Counted from the first letter of the stretch, positions 31,603-47,353 are shown. The stretch is DNA of 64,000 bases from Octopus vulgaris (GCA_951406725.2 OX597822.1:27528001-27592000); one strand, 5' to 3'. The notes: generated by a model not told the origin, from the letters alone. Program-made: numbers and translations.

Positions 31603-31663
<61 letters not shown>

Positions 31664-31933
31664 AAACGCACACACACACATTCGTATATATATATATATA
31701 GCTTACTACACGAACATGCTCGTTTGATTTGATATACCTTCCAGAAATTAAAAAAAGAGTATAAAACCCGTCATCGGAAAAAATAACACAATAGAGTAGG
31801 CAATCTTATAATAGATAAATTAACACATGTGTGTGTGTGTGTGTGTGTGTATGTTATGTGTTATCATTACTTGTATCATAACTGAACAATGAGGTTTTTG
31901 ATTCTGAAATGCTAGTTTTTATTAATTATGTCT

Positions 31934-32098
31934 AGGCGCAGGAGTGGCTGTGTGGTACGTAGCTTGCTTACCAACCACATTGTTCCGGGTCTAGTCCCAC
32001 TTGTGATACCTTGCGCAAATGTCTTCTACTATACCCTTGGGCCGACCAAAGCCTTGTGAGTGAATTTCGTAGACGGAAACTGAAAGAAGCCCGTCGTG

Positions 32099-32152
<54 letters not shown>

Positions 32153-32362
32153 TGTATCTGTGTTTGTGCCTCCAACATCGCTTGACAATTGATGGTGGTG
32201 TGTTTACGTCGCCGTAACGTAGCAGTTCGACAAGTGACCGATAGAATAAGTACTAGGCTTACAAAGAATAAGTTCTGGGGTCGGTTTGCTCGACTAAAGG
32301 CGGTGGTCCAGCATGGCCGCAGCTAAAATGACTGAAACAAGTAAAAGACTAGAAGAGTAAAA
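31934..32362 (+). mobile_element. SINE family A, full length
   Basis: aggcgcaggagtggctgtgtgg head, internal microsatellite, conserved tail. Confidence 0.92.
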
Positions 32363-33636
32363 AAAAGTATCAATTCACCACCGCAGAATTTGTATATGCT
32401 ATGATAGCGAACTGCTATTTAAAATATACAAAATTATATTTTTAATACCAAAACTGTGCAAAATTCTAGCATTTATCTTCTTCCTTAAATATGGCTACTT
32501 TATTGCTTATCTATATTCGGAATAGTTTTCTTTAAATACGAACAATTGTTTGCAAGTTAGAACTGTTGGAATAAAAAGAAGGAAACAAAATCTGACGTTT
32601 AATACAGTCATATTTTATACAGAAGTGTAAACTAAGAGTATAGGCTACATCTCAAATTTCATTGTAGGTGAAATTAATCAATTTGTCCAGAAGGAAATGC
32701 GACTTAAAACGTTTGTAATTTTATATTGAAAACCAATTTCGTTCCTTTGAAAGATTTCGTCTTAAAAAAATCGAATATCTTTCTAAATAAACACGGATTC
32801 CTTACTTCAGATAAAAACTACAAAACCAATGAACAGGAGAATGAAATTATCTGAGGATTTCCTTTACTGAATGCTGCAGTGATATAAATCACCAGACTGC
32901 AGCTAAGGAGTGAAATCGTAGTTTCAGATTACTAAGTAATTAACATTTCCCATGTACTATTTGAATTACCAAAAGGAAACACCTCGAGGTCAATTAGCCT
33001 GCTAAGAATAGCAGCCATACTTCTCTCAAATCACACTCCATCAGCTTAAAACAGGAATGAAGAAATGACGCTTATTACACAATGTAAATACCATACTCCG
33101 GGATAATCCCATCAGAAAACTGGAAGGAAATCGATTGAGCGACATTGAACTTGATCGATAAGTGTTGAACTGATCGGTAAGTGTTGATTCTGAGATAAGC
33201 AGCACAGTGAGTTGGTTGAAATGTACCGTTAAATTTTCTCAAAAATATTCTATTGGAATACAAAATTTTCGTCCAAATTATTTTCACAAAAAATCTCTGT
33301 TAATTTGTTAAATTGTAATTCATTATAGAAGTATTTCAATAGCTTTCAGGAAATTAACATTCGTATTTTAGTGTAGTGCTTCGGGCACATATATGTTTTC
33401 ACTCTCAATCATATAAACTTTATTACAAATTATTTAAAGACAAATTTAATACAGAGCTTAGACTGTCGTCTATTGGAGAGGTATTTACAAGTTCTTTTCC
33501 GAACAATTGTGCAATAAAATGTATTCAAAATATACAGTGATATTTGGTGCATAATGATCAAACACACGATCGTTAACCGAATATCCTAACTGCTAATACA
33601 CGTCTTCACAGTGTATGTATAAAAATATATATGACT

Positions 33637-33840
33637 GCGCATGGTTTAATGATTAGGGTGTTGCTCTAGCGATTGTGATTTCAATTCTTAGACTGGGTGT
33701 TGCATAGTGTTCTTGAGAAAACACTTCATCTCACGTTGCTCCGCGATCACTTCGATATGTGACGCGTGGCACACCGTGCACTTGTTCAGGAAACGTGTAT
33801 TTGATGGAGAGAGTCATTTAACATTTGATCACTATAAACA
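33637..33840 (+). mobile_element. Diverged SINE related to the family D head
   Basis: gcatggtttaatgattaggg...gtgttcttgagaaaacacttcatctcacgttgctcc. Confidence 0.55.
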
Positions 33841-33910
33841 CCGGTTTCTGCATTGGTAAAATAGAACCTTAGCTTCTTCAGCACGTACTACCATGACTAG
33901 AGACTTCCAA

Positions 33911-33944
<34 letters not shown>

Positions 33945-34325
33945 TACATACACACTACAGAGAGGTAATGGTGAGCATCAACGTGTATTTCCTGGTGAAA
34001 TAAAGCCGCAGTTTAGTATTTCATTTTCAATTTTCTTCACATCACGTTTATGTAGTGGATTATCCCGTTGAATACGGGATAATGAGGTTCCAATAACAGT
34101 TAGGCTGCCCATACATATGATTTAATTTCAGTTGTGAAGGCTTGTGTTGGATCAGCAGGGTCTGTTTTGAAGATGCTGATAGCCGAAGGTTGACACTTGC
34201 TTCAAACTCCATCAACAACGGTCTTCGGACTATTCTATAAAAGTTTTGCATTCCTGACATTGTTGTTTACGACTTAGAGTCCTACCCATCCAGGTAGTCA
34301 TAAACACGCACACACACATATATAT

Positions 34326-34416
<91 letters not shown>

Positions 34417-34486
34417 ATATTAATTAGAGACAAAACCACTATTTTGTAAATCAAACAAGGAAAGACTTAATCAATACATAAAAAAA

Positions 34487-34553
34487 GTGGGACTGAACCC
34501 GGAACCATGTGGTTGGTTAGTAAGCTACTTACCACACAGCCACTCCTGCGCCT
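34487..34553 (-). mobile_element. SINE family A, 5' head only
   Basis: gtgggactgaacccggaaccatgtgg...cactcctgcgcct. Confidence 0.8.
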
Positions 34554-36192
34554 ATATATATAATCTTGTATGCATATGTACATATGTATGTAAGTATATG
34601 CTGTACTTCAAAGACCATTGACTCCTCTGATTTAACCAGCTTTGAGGGTCTTGTTTTTTTATCCTGTAGTATGTTAAAAAAAACACCCTACTTACTTGGT
34701 GACTTTGCGGTTTAAGTCGCCTACGACCCACGCGTACAACAGGTTGTACTGCGCTACATGTTATCATTAACCACGAGAGTAACAAGACACGACATACTTT
34801 TGTATAAATATACTATTTGACCATTGCAAGTGAATGCCAGTTAATAATTCAAATTTGGTTCCTTTGGAAAATATACAAAGTCCTCCATCCATTCTCATCT
34901 TTGTTATATTCTGTTATTATTCTTTACCATATGTTTCCTGCTCCACTGACTTGATGCAGGCCCTAGAATTACCAAACATATGAAGTAACTCGGTAAGATA
35001 CGGTAAAATATTTTTCAATTTCTCTTACTTTCATTGCAGTATGTTTCATTTCTCTCGTTGTTGTCTTATTCTTATTCATCACTACAATTCCTCTATTCCA
35101 CAGGTTTGATTTTCACCTTATCATTGACAAAGTTCTGAAGTAAAACGTTAGAATAAGATGAAATAATTCCCACTCTTTCTCTCTAGCTCTCTATCTCTCT
35201 CCTTTCTTTTTCTCTTTCTCTCCCCATCTCTCTCTTCCTTTCTCAGTTGAATACAACAACTGTTACTCGTCACGTCTTGGATGTAATCGGAACATGCTTA
35301 CAATTCAGTCAAATTCGCTGCTATACATCATAAACAAAGCTAAACCTTTGTTAAAATATTACATTCTAGATAATTGAATATCATGTGCCAATCTGATCTG
35401 TGAAGATCAAGCCTGAGGGGTTTGTGGTATAGAATAACGTAGGATTATCGGTCGAATCAGTTTTCATCATTCCAGCGGTCGATAAAATAAATACTAGTGA
35501 AGTATGGCGTAGGGTTAATAGATCACTGCTTCGCGCACAATTTGTGGTAATATGCCAATATTATGAAGTTTGTAGTATTAAGAAATCTCCATTATATTTT
35601 AGTAAAATTAAAAAATGATTTCTCACTTTTGCGTAAAGCAAATTTGTGTGAAGATTATTTTATATTAAATTAAAATTGATAGAAGTACTACATCGCTTAA
35701 TTGATCAGCTTCTAAGAGATTAAAGGCTAAGTCAGATGAACTGGGGCTTAAATTCTAAGCAATCAGGCGCCGAAATACTATACAAACATCCAGTGAATAT
35801 TTTTATTGACTTTGGCAACAGCAGCGTTCCTAATAACATATAGCAAAATCTAATAATAAACATAAAAGTTCGAGACAAGCTCTAATATTACGATGTCTAG
35901 TATAGAGGAATAGAAAATTCGACTTTTGTTCCAAAGCCGAAATCAATGATAAGGCTAAAAACAACAGCCAATATCATACAAGAATGAGAAAATCGGTACG
36001 GTCCAATGTGTGTAACTACTATCGGTATACCTAAATTCCTACAGCTAATAGCTTTCAACATATTGCATAGCCTGGTTAAACGTCTCCAAAGTGTCAGAAA
36101 TGTTCTTTCACTGGATGTATATGAATACGTACATGTATATATGCATATGTGCATGACAGGAAAATGCACGATGAATCTATCTGTCTCTCTCC

Positions 36193-36266
<74 letters not shown>

Positions 36267-36311
36267 ATCTATCAGTCTATTTATCTACCTATTTATCTAT
36301 CTATATACATA

Positions 36312-36391
<80 letters not shown>

Positions 36392-36794
36392 GTAGCTTGC
36401 AATCTATCATCTATCCTCTCTCTCTCTCTCTCTGCATATATGGCGGGCGAGAACATCTCAGTATATCTAGCGGGACATCCCTTTCTTTATGCATGTACCT
36501 GTTGTGATATACACTGCGAAGATTGATGCAGTGCAGTGCTACCTACAACGATACAGTTGCAGGAGGGACAGAAAGGATCATCTTACTGAATAAGGAATAG
36601 TCTCGAACCTGTCTTCCATTTCCTTCATCAATCAAAGGTGTCAGGTAATGCTGAATAAGTGCTATAGACAGACCATAGTTAAGTTCCAGATTCGGTAATA
36701 TTGCGAACATTGGGTTCAACGTTGGTTCTATGTCAACGTATATTCATATATATATATAGATATATATAGATATATATTCTTATTTTGTCTTCCA

Positions 36795-37572
36795 TCTTAT
36801 TACTTGTTTCAGTCATTTTGACTGCGTCCATGCTGAATTACTGTTTTTAGTCGAAGAAATCGACCCTAGGACTTATTCTTTGTAAGCCTAGTACTTATCC
36901 TATCGGTCTCTTTTGTCGAACCGCTAGTTTACGGGGACGTAAACACACCAACATCGGTTCCAAGCAATGATAGGAGGACAAACACGGACATACAAACACA
37001 CACACACAATTCGACGGACCTTTTTCAGTTTTCGTCTACCAAATCTACTCGCAAGGTCTACAGTAGAAGACATTTGCTGCTCAATGTGACACGCAGTGGG
37101 ACTGAACCCGGAAATATGTGGTTGGTAAGCAAGCTACTTACCACACAGCTACACAGCCACTCCTCTGTTGGGAGTTCGCCTTGAAGTTTAGTCAAATGAA
37201 TTGAGTCCAGCATGTTTTTTTTTCTTGTTAAGCCTTCTACTCTTTCTATCAGGATTTTCTGTGGAACGGCTGAATTCCTGTGACGCAAACACAAGTGGTG
37301 TGAAACGGTGGTTTGGGGATAAGCTAGGCACAAAAACAGACACACAGACTCACACACATACACACACACTCACACTCACACTCACACACACGCATACACA
37401 CACGCATATACAACGAACTTCTTTTAGTTTGCGTCTACCAAATACACTCATAAGGTTCCGGTCGGCCAGAGGCAATATAAGAAGACTCTCACTCAAAGTG
37501 TCACGCAGTGGCACTGAACCCGGTAGCATGTGGTATGGAAAGATGCTTCTTACCACACAGCAATGCCTGCGC
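36795..37572 (-). mobile_element. Two tandem SINE family A copies (36795-37164 and ~37175-37572)
   Basis: Head and body motifs occur twice. Confidence 0.85.
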
Positions 37573-37759
37573 ATTCTCTTTTCATTTTTAATATTTTATT
37601 TGTTTCAGAGTTTAGTCGTATAAATCAGCACTAGCGCTTTTCAGCTGCGGTATTTATTTATTTATCTATCGCTCTTTTACCGAACCGCAGTCTGACGGAG
37701 AAATATGTAAAACACTAAAATAATAAGACCTGTAGTTCTAATATATACTCTCTGCATAA

Positions 37760-38130
37760 GGCGGCGAGCTGGCAGAATCATTAGCACACCGGGTGAAATG
37801 CTTAGCAGTATTTCGTCTGCTGCTACGTTCTGAGTTCAAATTCCGCCGAGGTCGACTTTGCCTTTCATCCTTTCGGGGTAGATTAATAAGTACCAGTTAC
37901 GAACTGGGGTCGATATAATCGAATTAATCCGTTTGTCTGTCCTTGTTTGTCCTCTTTGTGTTTAGCTCCTTGTGGATAGTAAAGAAATAGGGATTTCATC
38001 TGTCTGTACGTTGTGAGTTCAAATTCCACCGAGATCGACTTTACCTTTCATCCATTCTGGGTCGATAAATTAAGTACCAGTTGCGGACTGGGGTCGATCT
38101 TTTTGACTGACCCCCTCGACAAAAATTTTG
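37760..38130 (+). mobile_element. SINE family B full copy (37760-37991) followed by a partial copy
   Basis: ggcggcgagctggcagaatc head; core repeated at 38010-38100. Confidence 0.88.
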
Positions 38131-38625
<495 letters not shown>

Positions 38626-38936
38626 ATAATATGGAACAAGAACGCAAAACATCCAGACAGTTAGGTGATATAAAAAATGGACAACAAAACATCCAGACAG
38701 ACGATACAAAGAATACAGAGGCGGGTCATTCGGAGTTTTCTACCCTCAGTCAAGTTCCAGATTATCTTTGCAAGCTTGGTTGGTTATACCTGAGATTGCT
38801 CCAATCTGGGCAGCCCCAAGGAAAAACTAAGCTAAAAGCATTATATTCCTTGGAAGAAAGCAGCGAACGTGTACGAAAACAAGGATGGAAGAAAAACAGA
38901 GAAATTTTACACAAATACAAATGCAATTAACAGGAC
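38626..38936. mobile_element. Diverged copy of the 28.2-28.9 kb repeat family
   Basis: acaagaacgcaaaac...gtcattcggagttttc...ttccagattatcttt...ggaaaaactaagctaa...cgaaaacaagga. Confidence 0.8.
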
Positions 38937-39035
38937 ATGTATATGTATATATGTGTGTGAGTGTGTGTGTGCGTGTGCCTGTATGTGTGCGCACGCGTGT
39001 GTACATACATTAATGCTGTGTATTTATACTTGTAT

Positions 39036-39089
<54 letters not shown>

Positions 39090-40721
39090 GTACATACATA
39101 AATACACATCTATCAAAGTATTTACGTATCTTTCAAATTATCAATATATCTACCTCAATATGTGTGTGAGTGCATGCGCGCACTGGACTATGTGCAGACG
39201 TCTATTTTCATGTTTAGATAAACGAGGAACTATTAGTGGAAGATGGGGAAACAGTGAAAATTTTCAATGTTCCTAGAAAAATTTGACGTCATTTCAACTC
39301 AAATCAATCCATTGAACAATGAACGTATTCTTTAAAAAAATTCAAAAAAACAACAAAATATTTAACAATCTCTGGAGCAGAAAATAAAATTCCTGTTTGA
39401 TTGTTTCGTAATTGATTAAATATAATGAAATTGTTTTGTCTTGTAATACAATGTTTTAGTAACATTGTTGCACAATATTTCTACATTCGATTTTACTCTA
39501 CTATTTTTCCTAGTATTATAGATTATTCTCGATTTAGTTTCAAAGACGTAATATATTGTGTCTGATATTGATATATACTTTAACACAGAGTGTACAGTAA
39601 CGTCCATCTTTCATAGCCATGGTGGCGACGCGAAAGTTATATACACCTGTTGTTTTGATATATTCATAATATCTCATTTTCCTTTCTATATTTATTGAGG
39701 TTTTGTGGTATTGTAATGAATCACATTTTATATTTAAACTTATACTGTTCATAAGTTCATATATTTGCTAAGAAATATTTCACTGCCATAAATGGAATTT
39801 TCGTAGGTGTCACCATTTCAAGTCTTTCTAATAAATCTTGTGAAAATATCGAGAAAATTACCGAAATGTATTTCCCATTGGTGGATTTGTAGTTTTTGGT
39901 ATGTTTTTATTTTTTAATCTCATTTTCCTGCCTTCAGTATTATATGGAATCGCCATTATTTTTCTCTTTCACTTCATGTTAGACGTAGGTGGTTAATAAA
40001 ATTTCCTTTAATATTTGATAATATGGTTTGTTTTCTTTTTAGGTTGTTTTTTTTCTTCCTGTTTCATTAATTTCAATAAAAAAATTATAATAAATAACTC
40101 GATTTTGTTGCTTCCTTTAGTTTTTATTGATACTTATGGAAGTTTCAAAAAATTCATAAAAACATCGCTTTTTAATATTGTGATTGTAGGAAATAACTAA
40201 AATAAGTGATTTAAACCTACTTGAATTGTCAGATGTAAATACCAGTAAAGACAAAATATAGTGAAAAAGTAATAGTTTTATCACTTTATTATTTATCATT
40301 AGATTAGCATCGAGAACAGACAGTACCTCAATAAAAAGAGTGTTAACATTTTGAGTTAAGAGTTGGTGTTTCACAATCAGTTATATATATATTGATGATA
40401 TCCAGACATACCAAGTTTGTATTTTCCTATACCGAAGTGGGACTGAAATTAGCGAGGAAACCCTTCGATGTAATATATATTACAGCAGAGCCGGGTATTT
40501 ACGTCCCTCCAGGATTAGAGCTTAGAAATTACTCACTCCTGAATTAAAATAGAGGTGAGGTGGGCATACCACAGACACGTGTAAAAATGTACAACCTACC
40601 CGACACATTTCTATTTGGTTTCAATCAATTCAATGTCATTCGCAAGGTATGGATGAACTTGGCGCTACAGAAAATGACATTTACCTAAATGTCACACACA
40701 CATACATACGTAACACACACA

Positions 40722-40785
<64 letters not shown>

Positions 40786-42352
40786 TATGTGCGCGTACGT
40801 GTGTGTGTGAGAGGGAATATATGCGTGTGTGTCTTTGTGACTGACGAGAAGCACTTTTCAGTAGAACAGAAACATGTATTATTACAAACCTGTAAGATGC
40901 AAACATGATTTACTATAAAAAATTTAATATACTTGTCTATGTTTTAGTATTCACAAGATATTGGTTCCTTTTTTAAATGGTTGAAAAAGAATATAATATC
41001 ACTGTTTCTCTTTTTTTAGCCAGACTATAAAACCTTCCTCATTAGCTTCTACGGTAAATAACAATATAAACTAAAAAAAAATGCTGCTATTACCTACTTT
41101 GTTTTACATTGGTAAGTGCTATATAGAAAGGTTGTACCATAATTGAGACATTACCGGTTGAATTATTAGAGATTGTTGAGAAAATGGCTTCTTTAAAATG
41201 GCCTAAAGCTCTGTACGAACAGTAGTAAATAATGTACATTGATAGCGATATTGACTGATTTAAGCTTCAGTGCTCTTTATAAAAGTCAGTGTTACATTGC
41301 AAATATTATATTCTCTATTGTAGTATTCGTAAAACGTTCGTATTTTACAATGTGAATAGATTTATATATTTCTGTTACATAATGGTATCGAATTTATTCG
41401 TTATCCGTCTCTTATTGTCAGATAGTTAGATGAGTTTTACATTTTATTGAATTGATATAATTTAAAGAGTCTTTCTTTTTCTTTACTTTTATTTTCGCAT
41501 AGTTTAAGCTACATTGTTGTTTCGAAATTCCCGTTAAGTTAGATTGGTTGTATTTTCAGTCTGGCATTTACAATGGGCATTGGAAACGTTGGCAGAAAGG
41601 AAGGAGTTGTAATAACAACTTATTCTAACCAAAAAGTATAAATGTGAAATAGCAGTTGGAATATATTACATTTATCAACAGAGACATATTTGAATGCGGC
41701 AGTGAAAATGCAGTGTACTGAAAAATTACAGCTTTAAAATGTATCAGCAGCTATGTACAACAATTTTGCTGTTGAAACCTACTGTAATTAGTAGTGGATA
41801 TTAGGTATAAAAATCTGTCAAAATACATTGTAAGTAATAGTAGTATATTGTGCTATTATCAAATGTCAGCCAGATGTTCTTTTTGTTAGACAAAGATATA
41901 AGTGAAAGTATATCTATAAGAGAATTAAATACTTATAGTAGTAGAAGCAAACATTGGTCATGCGTAAGCGAATATTAAGATTACTGTACGTATATAAACA
42001 ACGTACGTATTGTCAAGTTGTAAGCAAGAGAATTTTGTTGAAGTATAAGAAATAGTAAATAAAGTATAGCATCAGCATCTGTTGAAATACAAGATTATAA
42101 CTACTAATGAAAAGTAGGTTTCTTTCCAACTTAAACGTTTTTATCGGGAAAAAAATCTATCGTTTTTCAAGAATATAAGCACCAAAAGCATAGTAATACA
42201 TGCATTTCGGCGATATTAACTGACTCCATTTTATGGACAGTTCAACGGAGAGAGAAACAAAGGTAAAAGTCCGATTAATATTTAAACTAGAACGATAAAA
42301 CGGCAAAGAATGAGAGTGTTAATGTAGTGAATCTTTACACACACACACGCAT

Positions 42353-42408
<56 letters not shown>

Positions 42409-42450
42409 GTATATACACATATATATGTATACACACACACACATACATAT

Positions 42451-42589
<139 letters not shown>

Positions 42590-42600
42590 CATATATATAC

Positions 42601-42757
42601 AGGCGCAGGCAGGGTTGTGTGATAAGAAGCTTGCTTCCGAACGACATGGTTCAGAGTTCAGTCCCACTGCGTGGCACCTTGGACAAGTGTTTTCTGCTAT
42701 AGTCTCGACCAAATCCTTGTGAGTGGATTTGGTAGAAGGAAACTGAGAGAAGTGCGT

Positions 42758-42795
<38 letters not shown>

Positions 42796-43045
42796 CGTAT
42801 ATATATGTATGTGTTTTTGCGTGCGTGCGTGTGTGTGATTGCCTGACTATTTGTATGTCTATCTGTGTTTCTTCCTCCCCATCGCTTGGCAACCGATGTT
42901 GGTGAGTTTACGTCCTCGTAACCTAGCGGTTCGGTAAAAGAGACCGATAGAATACGTCTTGGGGTCGATTTGCTCGATTAAATGCGGTACTCCAGCATGG
43001 CTGCAGTCAAATTACTGAAACAAGTAAAAGAGTAGAAGAATGAAA

Positions 43046-43048
<3 letters not shown>
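42601..43048 (+). mobile_element. SINE family A, full length
   Basis: Homology to other copies. Confidence 0.9.
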
Positions 43049-43076
<28 letters not shown>

Positions 43077-43130
43077 CGGCGGTGCATCAGCATGGTCGCA
43101 GCTCTGAGCTGAAACTAGAGAGAAAGAAAT

Positions 43131-43173
<43 letters not shown>

Positions 43174-43198
43174 GTGTGTGTATATAAGGACGCCAATT

Positions 43199-43300
43199 AG
43201 GCGCAGGCGTGTCTGTGTGGTAAGGACCTTCCTCCCCACCACATGGTTGCGGGTTCAGTACCACTGCGTGACAGCTTGGGCGAGTGACATCTACTATAAT
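43199..43300 (+). mobile_element. SINE family A, 5' fragment
   Basis: aggcgcaggcgtgtctgtgtggtaag...gggttcagtaccactgcgtg. Confidence 0.75.
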
Positions 43301-43822
43301 TTTGCACTTGTTCTTGTAAGAACCTTTTGTGTACTAAGAACATTTTATGTAATAAGATCACTCATTTTTATTATTTCTTCGTTTCTGTTTCGGTATTTAC
43401 TTCTCCAGTGTTACCTACACTACAACTATTCCTTTCAAATTTGTCCGTATTTCCTCTCAGCACTGTTCTTTTCAGTATACTCTTGTTTAAATCATCACTA
43501 TCAAATCAACTTCAATACACTTCAGTTTAACTATCTAACCTCTGATCACTTGTCTTAATGATCAGAAATTTTCTTTGAACTTTTTACCCTTCTCAACATC
43601 ATTTCTGTCAATTAGCGTTGTTTAATTCATTAATTACAGTCCATTTCATCTCTTGCATCTGAACTCTTCTCTAAAATGTTTAACATGTCCGCACAGCAGA
43701 CAAAACCTAGGATAATTTTTCCTGATTTTGTTTTCATTCATTATAAGAAAGTAAGGTAATTTATGCAAGATAAAAGTATCCATATGAAACATAAGGTCGC
43801 ATCATTCAGTATTTTAAATAAC

Positions 43823-44162
43823 GGTTGATTGTAGTGGTTAGAGCGTCGGGCTCACAATCACGTGGTAGTAACTTCAACTCCCAGACCGTGTTGTGTTGTA
43901 CTCTTGAGCAAGACACTTTATTTCACGTTGCTCCAGTTCACTCAGCTGTAGAAATGAGTTGCGACGTCACTGGTGCCAAGCTGTATCGGCCTTTGCTATT
44001 CCCTTGGATAACATCGGTGGCGTAGAGAGAGAGGAGCCTGGTATGCATTGGCGACTGCTGGTCGTCCATAACCAACAACTCCCGGATTTTATGCTTCGGA
44101 GGGGAACTTTTTAAGTGCAATTCCGTGGTCATTCATGACCGAAGGGAGTCTTTACCTTTTAC
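43823..44162 (+). mobile_element. SINE family D, full length
   Basis: Homology to 47015-47353. Confidence 0.88.
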
Positions 44163-45033
44163 TCTGATTGTAATAACATTGAAATTCACAAGATTTCTTA
44201 GACTGATGTAAAAATTCCAAGCCCAAATTTGTTTATATTAGTGTGTACTAAAAGTAAGAGTAAATACAGCGAATAGACGCACGCTCATACATACACACGT
44301 GCACGCATACACGCGCGCATGCATCCACGCACGCCCGGACAAGCACAGTTATTTGTAAGGTTTGTATGTCTGAATGATTACGGAGTTCGGTTTATAGACA
44401 CTGAGCCCTGGTTCTGAGCCTACTGCGAGGCACATTGAGTAAAGTATCTTTACCTTAGGTCAATCTATATATTGTGCGTGAAATTGGGTAGACGAAATGT
44501 AAAGCCCAGCATGTCAGTTGAGTTGGAGAACAATACATCCATATGTTGTAAAAACCTAAGTTTTGATTGTCAGTTCTTGAACACACGGATGCATTGGTAC
44601 CTTTAACTTTAAAACTACATTTGGTGAAATATTCGACTAGTCACCAGCTATGTTTCAATTTACCTGATGTGCCTGGAAATTCAGGTAAAGTATGGTGCTA
44701 TCTATTATATGATTACATTAAATAAGAATTGCTATTTGTCACTTACACACACACACACACACTCCATTCGTCACTCATACACACACACGCACGCAAACAC
44801 ACATACATGTACACTCACGCGCTCAAATACGCGCATACATGTATATAAAACGTTTAATCGACAGAAATTAGATAGCTGACTCAAATGAGATGAGTTTCGT
44901 ACATAGCCTGTATCACACCTGATAAGTGCCATATGAGAAGATCTAGTATCTTGAGTCACTTTTATAACTTCAGCCGATCTATGCCCATGCATAGAGTTTT
45001 ATCAAGTAACTGTCCTCCAGCGAACGTATGTGG

Positions 45034-45073
<40 letters not shown>

Positions 45074-45225
45074 AAAATACCACACAACCACACCCACAAA
45101 ATATCATACACCCACACACATGTATGTATATACTGTAGTATCTCGGGAAGCATTATACTAAATATAAATATATAAATACGATACAAACGTGAGCAAACTC
45201 ACACGCGCACACACACGTACACACC

Positions 45226-46260
45226 TAATTTGGGGGAATAGTGGTAAGGTGTTTGATGTTATACATTTTAATGCGAAGTCGAAGACATTTCTGGTACTTG
45301 TTCGAGAGCTCCGTTAGGCTGATGATGTAGTTCTCGTTGCTCACACCGAGGAGGATATGCAGGATATATTGGATCTCTTCTCTAGCGGTTGTATTGCTTT
45401 TGGACATACCATTAGTCTAAAGAAAACAAAGATCATGTTCTTTCAGCCACCAGTCCAACCCTATGCGAAACCTAACTTCTTCGTCCAGGGTACAAGACTA
45501 GGTGTAGTTGACTCGTTCATTTACCTTGGTAGCACTCTCTCTAAAGATGGATCCATTGATTCTGAAGTAAATTTGAGGATTGAAAAAGCCAGCAAAGCAT
45601 TTGGAAGGCTTGAAAATCGTGTGTGGCCTGATAGAGGTATCAACTTCAAAACCAAGCTAAGTATCTATGGATCTTGCATTTTAACGGTCCTCCTGTACTC
45701 TTCTGAAACCTGGACGACATATCGGCGTCACATTAAGGCATTAGAAAGATTCCATCAGACTTGCCTAAGGATTGCACTAGACATCAAATGGAAGTCTTTA
45801 ACAACAGACACCGCTGTTTTTCAGCAAGCCAACACATCCAGTATTGAAATGATCCTCATACGCAATCATATGCGTTGGGTTGGACACGTTGCTATGATGC
45901 AGGATGACAAGTTGCCGAAGCAGTTGTTTTACGGGGAGTTGCAGCGAGGCAAACGTCCGAGATATAAACCTAAGAATCGTTTTAGGGATACTGTTAAAAG
46001 CAACCTTAAGACTCTTAATGTGAAAGTTAAAGACTGGGAGCAGATGACGCAAGATCGATCGATCCGGAAACAAATAATCTACTATTGATGTAAAGCATTT
46101 GAAGCTCGAAGACTTGAACAATCTATATTGAAACGAGCACTTCGTAGACAGGAATTCCAGACACTTTTATGCTTAGACATATTTGTTTGTCAAGAGCAGG
46201 ACTTGCTAGTCATATAAGACATGGCAGTCTTATAATCATGACAGTATTTATTAATTGAAG
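45226..46260 (+). mobile_element. 5'-truncated RTE-clade LINE (reverse transcriptase C-terminal part; ORF 45357-46088)
   Basis: RELR*ADD (mutated YADD), ISLKKTKIM, FIYLGSTLS, RIEKASKAFGRL, LLYSSETWT, RWVGHV, LPKQLFYGEL. Confidence 0.9.
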
Positions 46261-46337
46261 AGATAGCCTTCATCTGTAAAGAAGTGTCAGTCATCATCAT
46301 ATATATGTCTGTGTGTGTGTGTATGTGTTTGTGTGTA

Positions 46338-46850
46338 CGTCGAACTCCCGAACGGATGAAAACATCATGAAAATTCATGAGCTGATCTTAGAGGACCGTC
46401 ATTGAACAACTGACGAATTTGTTGACATGAATGGCGCATCTTGGAGTTTCTGCCAACGACTTTTGAGCGAGAAATTGCGAATGAAAAGAGTTGCAGCAAA
46501 TTTTTGCTTCACTTACTCACGGAAGATCGAAAGTAATCACGGCTGAATGCGTGACATGAACTGAAAGAACAGTTGGAAGTTGATCCGGACCTTTTTTCAA
46601 AGGTCATCACTAGTGACGACAGCTGGTGCTACGGAATTTGCAGATGTAGAATAGGTTAAGAAAAAAACGAGAGAGGCATTAAAAAGGATCACTTCGGAAG
46701 AGTTGCAGCACTACCTGAAATAGATGAAAACGTGCGTGCATTGACGCATTGCTTCAAATAGAGAATACTTTGGAGGCGATAAAAATGTAAACATGTAAAT
46801 CTAAGTGAATAAAATAATAGAAAATACTGGTTTCTTTTGGGAATTCCTTG
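46338..46850 (+). pseudogene. Internally deleted mariner transposase remnant
   Basis: SRTDENIMKIHELILEDR...LRMKRVAANF...LLTEDRK...VITSDDSWCYG // FADVE*VKKKTREALKRI...REYFGGDK. Confidence 0.8.
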
Positions 46851-46928
46851 TGTGTGTGTGTGAGAGTGCATGTGTGCGTGCGTATATAAAGGATGTCGAT
46901 ATATACATGCACATGTGTAAATATTTGT

Positions 46929-47014
<86 letters not shown>

Positions 47015-47015
<1 letters not shown>

Positions 47016-47351
47016 TGTGGCTCAGTGGTTAGAGCGTCGAGCTTACGATCGTGAGGTTGTGAGTTCGAATCCCGGACCGGGCTGCGTATTGTGTTCTTGA
47101 GGAAGACACTTTATTTCACGTTGCTCCAGCCCACTCAGCTGTAGAAATGAGTTGCGACGTCACAGGTGACAAGCTGTATCGGCCCTTGCCTTTCCCTTGG
47201 ACATCATCGGTGACGTGGAGAGGGGAGGCCGGTATGCATGGGCGACTGCTGGTCTTCCATAAAACAACCTTGCCCAGACTTGTGTCTCAGAGGGTAACTC
47301 TCTAGGTGCAAACCCATGGTCAGTGTCTGACCGAAGGGGGTCACCTCTCCA

Positions 47352-47353
<2 letters not shown>
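47015..47353 (+). mobile_element. SINE family D, full length
   Basis: A box tggctcagtgg, B box gttcgaatccc. Confidence 0.92.

Noticed and set aside
39540-39625. Perfect Kozak context GCCACCATGG on the minus strand
   Set aside because: Opens only ~26 codons, with no convincing donor site or homology; compatible with chance
45357-46088. 243-aa ORF as a host gene
   Set aside because: It is an RTE LINE RT fragment; the upstream YADD is broken by a stop codon
47015-47085. tRNA genes at A/B-box sequences
   Set aside because: They are SINE heads continuous with SINE bodies and have no proper acceptor stem
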